Positions 23,601-37,452 are shown, counted from the first letter of the stretch. The stretch is 64,000 nucleotides of DNA from Tubiluchus corallicola (GCA_030141605.1 JAQGDQ010000350.1:166098-230097); one strand, 5' to 3'. Made by a program: numbers and translations. The notes: a model not told the origin generated them from the letters alone.

Positions 23601-25777
23601 ATTATATAGACAAATTATGTTTAACAAGCATATAACGCACAGCTATGCTATCTACTACTAAAGCTGCAAGTTTACGTACTGGCTCATAAGCACACTGAAT
23701 AGTGCCACATACCACAACTTACATGCTATCATAAATACAGTGTGATGCACAACCAACCACAACATCTCTAAGCTTACAGTTTTACTCATAAATACTGAGA
23801 GCTGTGCTATGTACCACAACAATGACAAGTTTACATACTCGTAAATACACTGAACTGTATGTGGCATATACCATGACATCAGTAAGTTTACATACTCATA
23901 AACACAGTGTGTAAAGCTACATACCACAACAACGGCAAGCTTACATACTTGTAAATACAGTAAGCCGTGCCACATTCCATGACAAATGTAAGCTTACATA
24001 TACTTTTTCATAAACACAGTTTATTATGCTACATACCACAACAATGACAAGCTTACATTCTTGTACTGTGAGCTGTGACACATACAATAACAACCGTAAA
24101 CTTACATATTTACTTATAAGCTCACAGTGTTGACTACAAACAGCAACTACAGTAAGCTTACTTAAGCATACTTACTGATAAACACAGTGAGCCGCAGTCA
24201 AAATCCAATTTTTATCAATGATAGTTCCTCCACAGAAGTCCTCATTTCGTTTAATAAGGCCAACCTTTAGGTAAAAATATGTAAAAGAAGCCATACAGAT
24301 TGTATTGTGCTTAAGGCGATTTCTGTTTGTTTAAAATGGATGTAAAAACTTGTGTTTTAGTACCTGTACCAAGTATGACTTGTTCCTGTTTAGTTTACTT
24401 CAGCTAAGAGCATAACGTTTGATCATAATTGCTGATGCACCTCAAAAATAGTTCGTATACTAATGAGATGATTAATCTTCAAACTTTGTAATCCAGGTCA
24501 AACAGATTCTTACTCAAAACAAATATATAAGGAACATAGCCATTCTGTGTAAATTTAAATTATTTTAACGAGTTTGATGGCAGTATTCTATTCTTCTAAA
24601 AGCAAAAATTATATCCTATCAATAGTTACACCTAAGTTTAACAGCAACTAAGGCAAAAAGGGCTGGTCACTCCAAACTCTTTATTGATAACCAAAAAAGC
24701 TGATTATTAAAAATTCCTTATGGCAGCATGAGAAAACATTTACTTGATTCTATATTGACCTAGAATTGTTCCTTTCCGATCAACGTTGAATTAAAACCTG
24801 TCTTGATCACAAGGGTTGAGTGCAGTCTGGGCATTCATTGCTTGGAATTGAAACTGAAAGTTTGGCGTTCAGATCTAGATTAAGTCCTTACTGTCTTTCT
24901 TTTTGACCAAATGTTGGTAGATAATCAATAATCATGAACTTATTTCATCCTGTTGAAGACAGCATTGCAGATGAACGGTTTTGTAAGAACCTTACTCCTT
25001 GTGGTAACATATAACTGACATTGGATATTAAATTTTCAGTATAAAAAGTTCTTAGTCCCCTACTTACTTGTTTAATAACTTTATGCATTGAATTTCTCAT
25101 TAAATTTTATACTTCTACATTCCCATATGAAAAGTGTTACACGAAATTTCAGTGTTTGTCAAAATAAGTTATTTGATATACAGACCATAAAAGGAAATTC
25201 CCTCCCAATTACATCCTCTCCTCCACGAATTCTTGGTTCAGCTGTCAACCTTGCAACTAAAACAAATCAAAAAATCAGACAACAGAGTGTAAATTATATA
25301 TTCACCAGGTGTTCGGGATTTTTATGTATAAAATTATTATATACGTATACAATAATACATTCGCATCTGGGTTCGCATCCAGCTTATGCCATGCATGGTG
25401 TATAGAGACATTTGATACTTGAGTAGTATTTGCTGGCCGCCTGCTCCACTATATATATCTATCCAATCTTTAGTTCCACTGATTTCTCTACTCGCTATTT
25501 TAATAGGTTTTCATTATTCTGTGTACCCTTTGAGCATTTGGTTGGCTTGCCAAAGCCTAAAAAATAGAGGCTTAATAGGTAATGGAACCAAAGAATGAAG
25601 TATCTGGTACGTTTTTAAGTTTGCCTTATATAGATAGTTAGACAGTGACTGTTACGGACAAAAACCTTTGCAAAACGAACCATTAGCAGTTGTAGAAAGA
25701 GGAATTGATTTAGAAAGACTGGCATCAAACCAAAAACATGTGATACACACTAACGGAAGTAAAGCAGCTAGTTTCAT
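17652..25777 (-). CDS. Secreted trypsin-fold (S1A) serine protease with intact catalytic triad, ~321 aa, 7 coding exons
   Basis: Exons: 25777-25666 (signal MKLAALLPLVCITCFWF; alternative donor at 25681), 25256-25186 (AEPR|IRGGEDVIGREFPFM), 24264-24176 (CGGTIIDKNWILTAAHC), 23550-23478, 20476-20278 (HPDY...NDIALVRM...AGWG), 19985-19864, 17951-17652 (GDSGGP...YLDWI plus C-terminal extension). All GT-AG and phase-compatible. A full-length product requires use of the proximal acceptor at 20477. Confidence 0.88.
19059..19486 (-). mobile_element. GC-rich short retroposon, probably a non-autonomous RTE-derived (bipartite 5'UTR + 3'end) SINE-like element, in protease intron 6
   Basis: Sharp GC-rich island flanked by an 11-bp direct repeat atataatatat (19048-19058, 19487-19497). 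The minus-strand 3' end ccattgtcttccgagacagaaggatgccaacaa resembles RTE 3' termini as I recall them; this was not searched. Confidence 0.6.
20394..21719 (-). repeat. 13 tandem 102-bp units, each a 3' splice site plus the first 27 codons of the catalytic-Asp exon of the protease
   Basis: Units start every 102 bp from 20394. Minus-strand unit: tagttttgtatgtttgtag|GTT GCT TGG TAC AAA...AAT GAC ATA GCT CTT GTG AGA AT. Unit 1 continues into the real exon. Confidence 0.95.
22071..22359. repeat. Perfect 28-bp minisatellite, ~10.3 copies
   Basis: Unit taagcagtaagagctcaaacagagcttt. Confidence 0.95.
22494..22905. mobile_element. piggyBac-like MITE
   Basis: TTAA|CCCTTTC at the left end and GAAAGGG|TTAA at the right end. 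Confidence 0.7.
23289..23457. repeat. 33-bp minisatellite, ~5 copies, next to the protease exon 4 donor
   Basis: Unit gtggtgagatgcatgggtgtaacatactgtgg(c/t). It explains the repetitive ORFs at 23207-23635. Confidence 0.93.
23665..24195. repeat. Degenerate ~50-60-bp tandem array (~10 units) filling protease intron 3
   Basis: Recurrent aag(c/t)ttacatactcataaacacagt...ccacaacaatgac, with units starting near 23668, 23716, 23770, 23827, 23884, 23937, 23990, 24049, 24098 and 24154. Confidence 0.75.
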
Positions 25778-28700
25778 CTATGGCTCGCAGATCTTCCTGA
25801 AAAGGATAATCCAAAAAGATTAATAATCGGCCAACAATAATGCAAAACAGGCATAACAATTCCATATATTAGATTGCAATAATTAGTCCATCAATATTTT
25901 ATTTATCAGCAAATATGTTACGGCGATCTGTATAGTTTAGAGGTATGGTTTCTGTATTTCATGTAAGTGGGTGGCATGGTTCGACACTCGCTCTGGGCGA
26001 GATAATGTGTAAATATAAATCCACTGTTTTCTCATCTTAGAGATCAATATCCTTACATTAAGTCACGTTCAAGTGACGTCACAACATTTGTGTCGACCAG
26101 CAGGCCTATCTCTGACTACCCTCTGGTGTACAGTGTGCCTAGGCCAATATGAATACCTGCTTTTTCCATTTTTTGGAAAATTAAAAACTACCCATTTCTT
26201 AGAACTGTAGACCGTGATCTGCGCCTAGCAATTCAGCCAATTGGAAAAAGGAGGTTCCAATTCAGATCCATAACCCAACATCAAGGATGCAAGTAGAGAG
26301 GTTAATATTTACAAATTTCCACAATTTTTTGCTAGAAAGACACTTGCCTGATGCCCAGTTGAAGGCAGGCATGTGTGATTTTCAACCGCAGACTAATAAA
26401 AAACAAAAAATAAACCACGCTAACAATGGCCGGTCCTTTATTAATAAACGGTAAACGCAGTTAGGCAATAAACACCTAACTACCATTTTTTTATCAAAGT
26501 TTATCGACCTCATAACAGAATTACCAACATAGAAGTAAAACAATCATCGTACTTTCACAGTTACAACAGGGGCGTCGTGCACAAAAAAAAATTAGTCGGG
26601 CCCGACTGTATATAATGACGAAATTTAACTGTTTAAAAAACGTATAACTTTGAATTCCCACACAGTATTGTGCGTACAAGAAAAACGATTTATTTATTCC
26701 CAACTGGCATTTAACTTAAAGCTATAGCAACGGAAACTTAATTAAAATTACAATGTTACAATGAGTAACATAAACTTACAAAAACCTAAACCCTTAAAAA
26801 GTACATATTGTGACATATACCCACTCCAGCAGTACTGCATTTAGAAATTTAAAATTAATTGTACCACGAAACATGTAGAATGTAGATAGTCCACAGAAAT
26901 AGTCTCAATTGCAAAAACAATAATGACTCAAATGTTATGCAAAAACTCAATTATCATCCAAAAAATACTGTCACTGTAAGAAGTTCATAACAAACAAATT
27001 ACACAAGTTTTCAAACTAGACTAGGCGCTGATAGTGATTACAAAAACTGTACTTACTGTAATGTCCACTACTGACACTTGAGGAGAGAGAATAAACAAAC
27101 TTGAAAGAATTTCCAACAAATAGCAGATGGCGTGTGAGTTATGACACTAAACATATTGATAATTAGCACGTAACTGAACAAACTCTGCTTATAGAATCTA
27201 TAGAAAAAATAATTTAACGATTCAAAGTAATGTTATGCCTGGCATACCAGTTATGACAAAAACTTACCAGGCGAAAGCTACATTAAAGTGCTACTTGTAC
27301 CCATAATATCAACGTTCTGTTATATCTTTGATCAGTTTTGCATTGTCTGAATTTCGAACAATATTTTTGGCTCCATATAGAATTGTAAATTATTATTATT
27401 AATACCTTGAAGGCCAATATACCATTGTTTTACGTAATTTCCTGAATTCTAGCTGCAAGAAAGCGAATGAAAGTATAGAATGGTTAAGTAAATAGCTACT
27501 GCTGCTGCTGCAGCTTCCGATACTGCTATGACGGCTGTGCTATTACTTCTACTATGCTAGTAGTTGTATGCTACCGGGCATTCATACTGTGACATTTTAT
27601 TTCATGGTGTCAGAAAATGCAAAATTGTGGCCGGACAACGTAACAATTAGTTTCGCTTCCGTAAATTAACTTTCGAACAAGAGAGAATAAGCAAGCTTGC
27701 ATAAATTTCCAAGAAATAATGCCATGTGAGTTGTGACGTTGAAAATATTTAAAATCACTATGAAGGTACGCTAACGACTCGGATCCTAGATAATGCCAGC
27801 CATACCTGTTATGACAAAAAGTTGGAGTGCCAACACTACATGAAAAAGCTGCTTGAATCCATAATACCAACATTCTTTTCTGTCATTGAAAAGTTTTTCA
27901 TTGTCTAGAAGTTAAAACCATTGTTTATGTTTAAATAAGATTGTAAATTATTATTATTTTTAGTATGAATACTTTAACATCCAATAAACCATTGTTTTGT
28001 GTAGTTTCCTGAATACTACCTACAAGAAAGCGAGAGAAAGTCTGTGACGTCCCAATGTCTGTTCGTATTGTTCCAGCTATTGCTTCTGCTTCTACCACTG
28101 CTGATACTTCTGCTGCTGCTGCTTCTACTACTGCAGTTGCCATTATTACTGATGATAGTGCTAAGCATTTATATTTGGAGGTGAAAGGTTTCATTGCCCA
28201 GATAATGCAAATGCAAGTAGATAGTTTTGGTTTCATAAGCTAAGTTTTGAACACGCTTGTCATTAGTTCACGGTCCCAGATTGATGGTCAAGATTCATGC
28301 TAATCTATGATTTCGGCAAGCATATTAGAAAATAGCTAAGACTTATTTTGTGCATCTTCAAAGACATTCGTAGGATCATGAAAACCTGCTCTCACTAAGC
28401 AACGATTACATTATTTTTGGTAATTTTTAGGTTTCTACTCCTCACACAATTGGGATTTCGTGTAAAATTATGCAAATATGAAATGCATTTATTTACGTTA
28501 GACAAGTTAAAATTTGATTTTTGACAAAAAAAAAACTGAAAAAAGTTTTCAACAACTGCAGCATGTGCATCATAAAAATGTATAATATCACGTGTGTATC
28601 GGCTAATGCAGAAAATTTCAGTAGCTCAGAAAACAGCACTCTGATATGTTTTGGTCTCTATTTCTAAAGAGAAATTCCTGTTAAAAGATGAGACGACCTT

Positions 28701-29368
28701 AATTTGTCATTGAGTGGTTGGCTATCTTTTCCCAGATGGAAAAAGTTGGCTTTTTATGGCATATTTTTCTTTTAAAAGTTCGACTTCCAGTATTTCTATT
28801 ATATTCCTTTTATTCTCTTCGAATTCAAATTAATATTCACTTTAGGTGGTTGCTTTTGCGCAAAACCTCAAAACCTAAAAAACAAAATGTCGAGAAGTAA
28901 ACGCTGGAAAAAATTGAGTGTTCGTTATTGCTAAAATTTACAGCACGTGGTCTAATTGTCCACAAGTTTTTGCCTCAAACTAAGCGAAGGCCTTACTTCC
29001 AGCAGCTAGAGAAGTTTATCACTACTTTGGTTCCAACATTTCACAGTTTTTGTCTTTGGTTCCTCTACATTAAACAGCTCTGTTTAGTTATTGCACACTA
29101 TCTTATGGTTTAAGACAACTTTTTGTTCTCTACAAATCTTTATCACTACTTTATTTTGTTTGACGATGACCATGTAAACAGATTGATTCCTTTATAGTTT
29201 TCTGAAGTGTCAACGACCCTATTTTTCAGTTGATGATTATATCTGACATTGTTCTGGTATTTAGTCTTTTAACATACAAAAGTTTTTCGGCCATAACCTA
29301 AAAACCACTAGTACCATAAACCAGTAACTTTCAACGCCAAGTGTTGATGTATACCATGTGTACAATAT

Positions 29369-30057
29369 GTGAAAGCTATCCTTCGTAAAACGGATATTAT
29401 CTCTGACGACCTCGTGAACACAAAACAACATATCAGGGATTCCGAGAGAACTAAACTGTGCACCTATCTCTATCTGAATCCCGAACTATCTGTCAGTGCA
29501 ATGTATAGCGTTAAAGTGAATGAGCTCCATAGGATTAAAACATCTCGGTTACGCCTCTCCTCACATAACCTAGCTATTGAGACGAGAAGATGGGCAAGGA
29601 TAAAAAGAGAGGACAGGCTATGCTCCTGTTCTGGCTTAAACATTCAAACAGAAGAGCATGTTATCTGTTTTTGTCCACTTACTAATCACCTTCGTGAAGA
29701 TAACACTGAGCTGAGCTTCAACGTTTTGCATGAATTTTTCAATGGAAACCCAAACTCATATTGTGAATTTGTAAATAACTGTTTAGCGATTTTTGGACAG
29801 TAATGATCATGTTAGGCGATAATAAGTGGGTAGTGAGAATGTATAAATAATTCTTCAGTTATTTTTTTTGACAGTAATGATCATGTTAGGCGATAATAAG
29901 TGTGTAGTGAGAATGTGTAAATAATTCTTCAGTTATTTTTTTTGACAGGAATGATCATGTTATATGATCAAAAGTCCTTTTTTTGTAATGATCTATGGAC
30001 TGAACCAAATGTTCAACTATCTGTTAATCAGTCAATAAACATATATATATATATATA
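29369..30057 (+). mobile_element. 3' fragment of a non-LTR retrotransposon (C-terminal RT-associated region plus 3'UTR)
   Basis: ORF motif RLRLSSHNLAIET..W....R..RLCSC...QTEEHV...CP, typical of the C-terminus of L2/CR1-group LINE ORF2. A ~74-bp tandem duplication lies in the 3'UTR (from 29797), and the element ends AATAAA + (TA)n at 30034-30057. Confidence 0.72.
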
Positions 30058-30405
30058 GGAATGTCATGCTGTGAAACTTTATAACACACTTGCTTCTAAT
30101 ATTATTAAAGTCTAAACTTTGGCAGTTTTTTTGCGCCCTTCGGAATCTAAATGTGGCCGAGAGACGTAGGTTGGTTCAGCGGACGGGGATTCATGTGAAA
30201 TGCGTTATCACACATTACAATTAATTAACAAGTTAACATAAAAGCAGTGAAGTCCAAATTACACTTTTCTTGTATAAGATGTATTACTTTTTATACAAAA
30301 CAACATTGTGTAATCAGGATATTTGTAACAAAAAAGCACTAGTAATTTCTTTAAAGTTTTTGAAAAAATCATGCAGTTAGGGGTTACCGTTTTAACTTGA
30401 TAAAG

Positions 30406-33400
30406 TTAACTGTAATAAAATACTGCATAAAATATACAAGTTGCCGCAGTTGTGTGAATTTCTGATGCTCTACTTCTTACAGATATTACCGTCGATTTGC
30501 AGACTTTACCATCCATGCATTCTGAATTTTTATGAAAATATTTCACTTCGTCGATCCAATTCAAATAGTAGGAGACTTTAACCATCACAGATATTACTTT
30601 AAAACAATCATAGCGTCCATTCTCATTGCTATCCAATCCTATTATAGTCGATAATACACCAATTACCTGACGTCGGTTTTTCCAAATGACTGGTCCACCT
30701 ATATCACCCTACAAATGAATGAAAGATATTACAGCCAGTTGTAATCATTGTCACGTGACACACGTCAAAATAGATAAATTCGCCTATAAACAGACGAAAG
30801 TTATTATAGACCACTGTAATCACGGACACTTATCTTCCTGTCTAACGAATTTAAGTAATGAACTAAAGAAGACAATATGGGGGTAAAAAAATTATCAAGC
30901 TGATAATTAAATTTAGCAATAAGCTGGTGATTAACAAGGTAGTGAATAAAAGAGGCGAATAGTGACAATTTTCACGCTAATTAATTAAATCCAAAAATTT
31001 TGATGATTATCGAACTAATGAATTAAATAAAGCATACTGGTGATTAATTAAACTATTGAATTAAAGTCAAGAATATTGGTGGTTAATTAAACCAATGGAT
31101 TGAGTCAAGTATAGTATGTATAACACAGCGCTACTTTGGTGCCACTTTGGACAGCAGAGGGCCATTACGCTTGCATCAGTTAGAATGCATGCCCTTGTAA
31201 AGGTAAATTTCATGCATTTGATGTGGATAACTACACCTGGATAAGAAAATTATGGGGGATGAAGATAATAACAAAATTGTTACGCCAAAACCAAAGATTT
31301 TCTACACATTTTTGAGATATTTTGCAGAAAAACTGCCAGTTTTTATCCTTTGTCTTTGTCACATTACAGGTTGCAGTATGGAAATTGACTCAGCGATTTA
31401 CTTTACCTTTTTCTTAATTCTTTAGCATTAATATAGGCATGCAATCCTAGACAGATCTAATCATTTGTCAGTTGCAAGGAAACAGGATATCGTAAGAACT
31501 TTTCTAAAGTTATTTTGTTAAACTTCATTAACTTGTTAAAGTCCAGATGTTTATTAGTTAAATGAGTTTGTTTCCCTGTCCTAACTTCTTGTGGACAATT
31601 TCCTACTGATACAACTATGATAGAACACGTAATTGCATATACATTGCATCTTAGGTTCCTTTAGGTTATGTATTACAGATCACACTTAAGCATATTAACT
31701 TCAAATAGGCATCTCCTTTTAATTATCAATTCTGTCACAATTTCACACATTGAGGTTCAATATTGTTTTTGGTTACCGAAAAAGTTGGAACTTAACCTGG
31801 GTAATCACTCGGATTTTTTTCAAAAATAATACACCGGGCAAAGTAACGATTTATAAATCAGAATATGATGGTCTCAACAAAAACTCATTTTTTCAACTCC
31901 TATGAGTAGTAATAGTATAGTTTTGTTGTTTACACTTACATGAGTAAATTTCCTCATGTACATGCGTTTATACATGAGCGTTTTATACTTAAATTAATAG
32001 TATGGTTCTATTTTATGCTTATGCTAGTAGCATTCTGTGTTGTTTAAATGTTGATAGGTAGTATTGTTTTACTGGTTGTTAAATGAAAACAATAGTATGT
32101 CTACGCTACTGGAAACAGTATACTTACATAAGTAGTACAGCGCGATTCATGGCGTGCGCAAAAAACAACTGGCGGCCTCGAGTAATATGGCTCGCATGTG
32201 TAATTATTCGCAATTAAAAGAGCTTTTTGTAAATTATCTTGTATTGGCAAATCTGAAAGAAAAGTAAAATTCTAAGCATATAAGCTTAATGAGTGATATA
32301 TCAAACGTCATAAACCAAACGGGAAAGAAGTTGTAGAAAAAATATGTTACAAATAGAATGCATGTTTGCATATGTTTGTTTACACAATCTTTCCTGAACC
32401 TATTTGCCTCTTATATTATTCCACATTATGATTTGCTTTGATACTTAATTATTAGTTGGTCCCTTCCATCTATTTGAATTTTGCGTACCACGGTCAAGCT
32501 CGCCCCATCCCACGACAGTAATTCCTTGTCCAACATAATGGTGAACGTCACAAACTGGTAGTGGTGCAGGTTGAATATCGCTGGTAAACTTCACTCGTTC
32601 ATTCATTCTCAAAAGGGCTATGTCATTACGCGGGCCACGTGAAAAATTAAAAGCAGGATGCACTTTGAACCAAGCCACCTGTAAAAATACTTAACTAAAC
32701 TTTGTACAACTTAGTGAATTAATCAATCAAATAGCCGTCCAATTATCTCACTCAAAGAGATTTTTAACTGTTTTTTTCTTTATTTAGTTTATTACTTTAT
32801 TTTATTTCCACAATGCCAATAAAAAACAGCATTGTTATAATTTGCAAAGAGGAAGTTATGTTAGTACAACAAATAAACAAAATTTAAATTCATAATAAAT
32901 TGATATAACGGCTCAGTGATAATGCATTACTAAATCTTATGGTTTACATCAAAGATCAATTGTTATAACAAATTTGTTGTGGAAAGAATTGATGGCTGAA
33001 AAAATGCGTCACTAAGATATATGTATGCATTGGGGTGGCTGTGGTGTGGTGTGGTGTTATGGTGTGTTGTTGTGTGGTGCGGTTTAATGTGATGGATGTG
33101 GTGTGGTTTGGCGTGGGGTGATGAAAGAGATGTGGTGTGGTCAGGTGAGGTGACGTTAATATGGAATACAATTTAAAATTATACAAATTTTACTTGCTTG
33201 TACGAACTAATCCAGAAAAAAATTGAAATTTAACTTCTGTTGATTATTTGAACACAAATTGATTGAAACAAAAACACAGCATGAACATATTTGAAGATTT
33301 TGGTAGTTCTTTACTAGCTTTAAACATAAGAAATTGATTTACATAACCTGATTATGTGTTTATAAGTATGTGTGAGCAAGGAAAGAGTGTATAGGTGTAG

Positions 33401-36400
33401 CTTTTGTATTGTACACAAATGTATACATATCATAATAATGTATATAGCAGATACTATTTATATTATAATAGTGTAGATGTGGCTTTTGTATTGCATACAA
33501 ATGTATATTTACATCATAATAGTGCATGGGCAACGCTTACCCAACGAGTTATTGTCGGTTGAGAGAGTATATTGCTTCCCAGATGTATTTGCAAATGTTC
33601 TCCTGGAGTTTCACTGCAAAACGACAATTTTGTGTTACTTTTAAAATTCTAAACTTGTTTTTCAAGATGGACGTTGTAGATTAGATAAACCAATTCGTAC
33701 TACACGAATTATTATCTACACAAAATGTTGTTTATCAAGCATAATTATGACACAAAACCCACCCTCACAGCAACTATAAATTATTACATTACGTTACCTA
33801 AAAAGACACTCTGTTACTACGATATTCCGATTTGCTGCAAACTATTTATAATTAATTCGGATATAAGAGATACCTGGGCACAGATACTTGTATTCATAAT
33901 ACTTATATTCATGTTGTAAAATACACTTTTGAGTTTTATCGATCAAGGAATACACCATTACATAAATGTCTTTTCCTGCTAGAGCAAATATTCTTGTTAG
34001 AAATTTTTTATTTTCCATTAAAGATGTTAATACACAATGGTTTAAGACCTATTGCGCAAGCATCTATGGTATTGTGGAGAAACTACAATACCAATATTAT
34101 TAAAGAATGGAAGGCTAGTTCGTAGGAAGGAACATTCCTAGTTGTGAGCGCTCACAAGCGCATAAGTTAAATGCTTGTAAAATTATCGAATCGTAATTTT
34201 TGTTAACTGCTTTGGTAATTGTTTAATAAAAGCTATCATCACTGTTACTGCTTTTGTTGAATTACTTTGCTGAATTGGAAGTAATTGTAAGTGTATTCTC
34301 GTTAAAGACGCTATCTGCTTCAGGAAACTAGAGTATTCACATTGAAATGGCTTATTGCGGGAGCCAGCTTGATAACTCGAGAGATAAAGATCTATTTCAC
34401 AATGCGTATTTCGTGGTTCAAGGTCGTGTGGGAAATTATCATTGCCCTATAGATCAAACCTAAGCTCTCGGAGTCGGGCAATTAATCGATCACAAATTAA
34501 TTGTCTTAAAGAAATGAATTAATGAATTAATGAATGTGGATTAATGAAATAAGTCATTAGTATAAAAGTTAAATCGACAGTACCTTTACGTACTTTCTTA
34601 TGAATACACTTGGCGGGGCTTTGTGCAACAACAGCTTATGGTTGCATTAGCTGCATTAGCAAACTAAGCCACAGATAAAATGCATATATACGTTAACGAC
34701 TGTAAGCAGTAAAGGAAAGCTGCTTTAAATAGTGATTTTGAACAGGTGAAAAATTATTAAATTAATCATTCAAGGTTAAATGGTTGACGATGTAAGAGTA
34801 AATTATCGTCGTGGATAGAAGCCCAGCCAGGTGTTGCATAGCACATTATCAGCTGATGTTCGTCCGGCAACTCAGAAGTAAAGATCAATGATGTAATAAT
34901 TATGCGCAGAAGCTCATGGCGCATTAGGAGTTCGACAATAGTGCTTTGAGGCCCGCACCTCGGGGGAGATTAGGAACAGACGTTAAGACGGAGAGCTGGC
35001 ATTACCATCCTCTTATATTTACCGTGTTGTGTTTAATATTTAATAAATGCGTAGTTTATTAAATAAAGTCTTGATAGTTCGCCATGCTCATTGTGGCTAC
35101 CTCCCGCACCACACAATAAACAACAACAATCAGCAAGCAGCTTTATCCACTATAATAAACAGACTTTAACGCACTTTCTACACCAATTATTTTACTTAAG
35201 CTTACATGCTTACTCAAAAACGCAACGAGCCGCCGTCATGATCCACATATTATCGATGAGAGTTCCACCACAATGAGGTTTATTCCGTACTACAAGACCA
35301 ACCTTTAGGTAAAAAAATTACAAAACAAGTGATACAAATTACCCGCGCTTATTTTCTGTGATTAAAAATGATTATAAATATTTCTGTTGCAGAAAAGTGA
35401 GATGTTCCTAGTTTGTTTACTTCTACTGAAAGCATAAAAATGACCAGAATAACTGCTACACCTCAGATGTACTTCATGCACTAATGAGAATATTCATCCT
35501 CAGTCTTTATAAACCACGTCAAACAGATGCTTACTCAAAACTAAAATGAATGCAGCATAGCCTGCAATTGAAATTGAGTTTGGTGGCAGTATTGGATTTT
35601 CTAAAATGCGGATGCTGCCAATACTTGCGCCCTAGTTTAACTGCATGCTGGCCAGAAAAAGCGGATCTCTTCAAACTCTTATTTTGGTTACAAAAACAGA
35701 TTATTAAAAATTCAATATGGCAGCATGAGGGAACTTTCACTTGGTTTTGTGTAGACACAGAATTGTTGCTTGCTGATCAATATTGAATTAAAGCCTGTCT
35801 TAATCATTAGGATGTGGCTTGCAGACGTTGCCAGGAATTGCAATCTGCAAGTATGGCATTCAAATCTAGGTTCACTCTACACTTTTTCTTTATTTTTGTG
35901 TTTAGTCCATTTCAATAATCATGAACTAATTTCAACTAGCTGAAACAACATCCAAGATAACTGGGATTATAGCAACCGGTCAGCTAATATGTCTTGTCTA
36001 AACCCTCGGTAAAGCAGGAACTTTGAATTTGCAAAGTAACAGCCTTATGGAAGCATTATTATTGACGTTTATTATTAACTTTTCTGTATAAACAGAAGTT
36101 AGTGGTTTCCTACTTACTTGTTCAATAATTTTCGTGCGTTGAATTTCTCATTGAATTCTACATTCCTATATGAAAAGGATAACACGAAATTTCAGTTTTT
36201 GGGAAAATAACTCATTTGATATGCATACCACAAACGGAAATTCCCTCCCAATTACATCCTGTCCTCCTCGAATTCTTGGTTCAGCTGTCAAATTGGCAAC
36301 TAAAAAACAATAAAACAGGCAACAGAGTGCAAATCATACCTTCACCAGATGTTGTTACATTTGTGATCTTTGATGGCGTCTTTAATTCGTCAATAAAATA

Positions 36401-36853
36401 AAATAAATAGCATATACGCATGCGCATTAGATACACAAATTTTTTATTCTAAATTATTTTATGTAGATCAGGGGAGGAAGTAGATGAAAGTTGAGTCTGT
36501 GTAATTAATTTTAGATGCATTTGAAACCTGTTACTGATTCTCTTTAATTTCTTTTTAAACTGGTGGAGAGATTTTACTTTTTTTATTTCAATTCCTTGTT
36601 AATAAGGCTTAAGCAACAACGTCTTACCCAATTGTAACCACGCAGTGCATCACAGCTGTAATGGACGAATTATTATCCAGGATCTTCATTGGGTAAATGA
36701 GTTTGTCTTATACAGATTATTTAAAAGTTACTGAGACTAACCTTCGTTAAGTGAACCATTGGCAGTTGTAGAACGTGGAACTGATGCAGAAATACATTGG
36801 TCAAACCAAAACCATGTAGTACACACTAACGAAAGTAAAGCAGCTGGTTTCAT
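30406..36853 (-). CDS. Serine protease homolog (catalytically inactive paralog), ~320 aa, 7 coding exons
   Basis: Exons: 36853-36742, 36299-36229 (EPR|IRGGQD), 35302-35214 (WIMTAARC, His->Arg), 33613-33541, 32678-32489 (NDIALLR), 32252-32128, 30708-30406 (GDIGGP, Ser->Ile). Intron phases match the downstream paralog and I found no stops or frameshifts. Confidence 0.87.
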
Positions 36854-37096
36854 CTATGGCTCACAGACAAGACCACATTCCTGAAAATGATAATAAAAAA
36901 AGATTAATAATGTGCCTGCAACATTGAAGAAACTGGCATAATGATTCCAAATAATATTACCTAGTTTGGAATCATTAATACTTACTGACCAAATCAAACC
37001 AAAAACAAGATGTACACACTAGCGAAAGTAAAGCAGCAGATATTAAAACTGACTAGACTACATTCCTGAAAATGATAATCAAAAATAATAAATAAT

Positions 37097-37413
37097 CTTG
37101 CTCTCTCTCTCTCTCTGTCAGTCTCTCTCCCTCTTTCTCTCTCAGCTCCCTCTCTCGCTCTCTTTCTCTCTCTCTATGTCTCTTTCTTTCTCTCACTTTG
37201 TCTGTCTCTCTCTTCCTCTTTCACTCTCAGCTCTCTCTCTCTCCTCTCCCTCTTTGTCTCTCTCTCTCTCTCTCTCTCGCTCTCTTTCTTTCTCTCTCAG
37301 ATCTTTCTCTCTGTCCCTCTCTTTCTCTCTCTCTCGCGCTCTCTTTCTCTCTCTCTCTCTCGCTCAACTTCTCTCTCTCTCTTTCTCTCTCTCCCTCCCT
37401 CTCTTTCTCTCTT

Positions 37414-37452
<39 letters not shown>

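Noticed and set aside
23207-23635. Repetitive ORFs on both strands
   Set aside because: Products of the 33-bp minisatellite. Only 23550-23478 is a real exon.
25921-26000. tRNA-like sequence with B-box ggttcgacac (similar stretches at ~40095-40170 and ~51140-51195)
   Set aside because: I could not build a convincing cloverleaf. More likely degenerate tRNA-derived SINE heads.
27931-28243. Ala/Thr-rich ORFs on both strands
   Set aside because: Degenerate GCT/ACT trinucleotide stretch with no supporting gene structure.
34611-35084. Possible solo LTR (TGGCG...CGCCA with AATAAA near the end)
   Set aside because: No matching TSD and no second copy in the window, so it cannot be supported.
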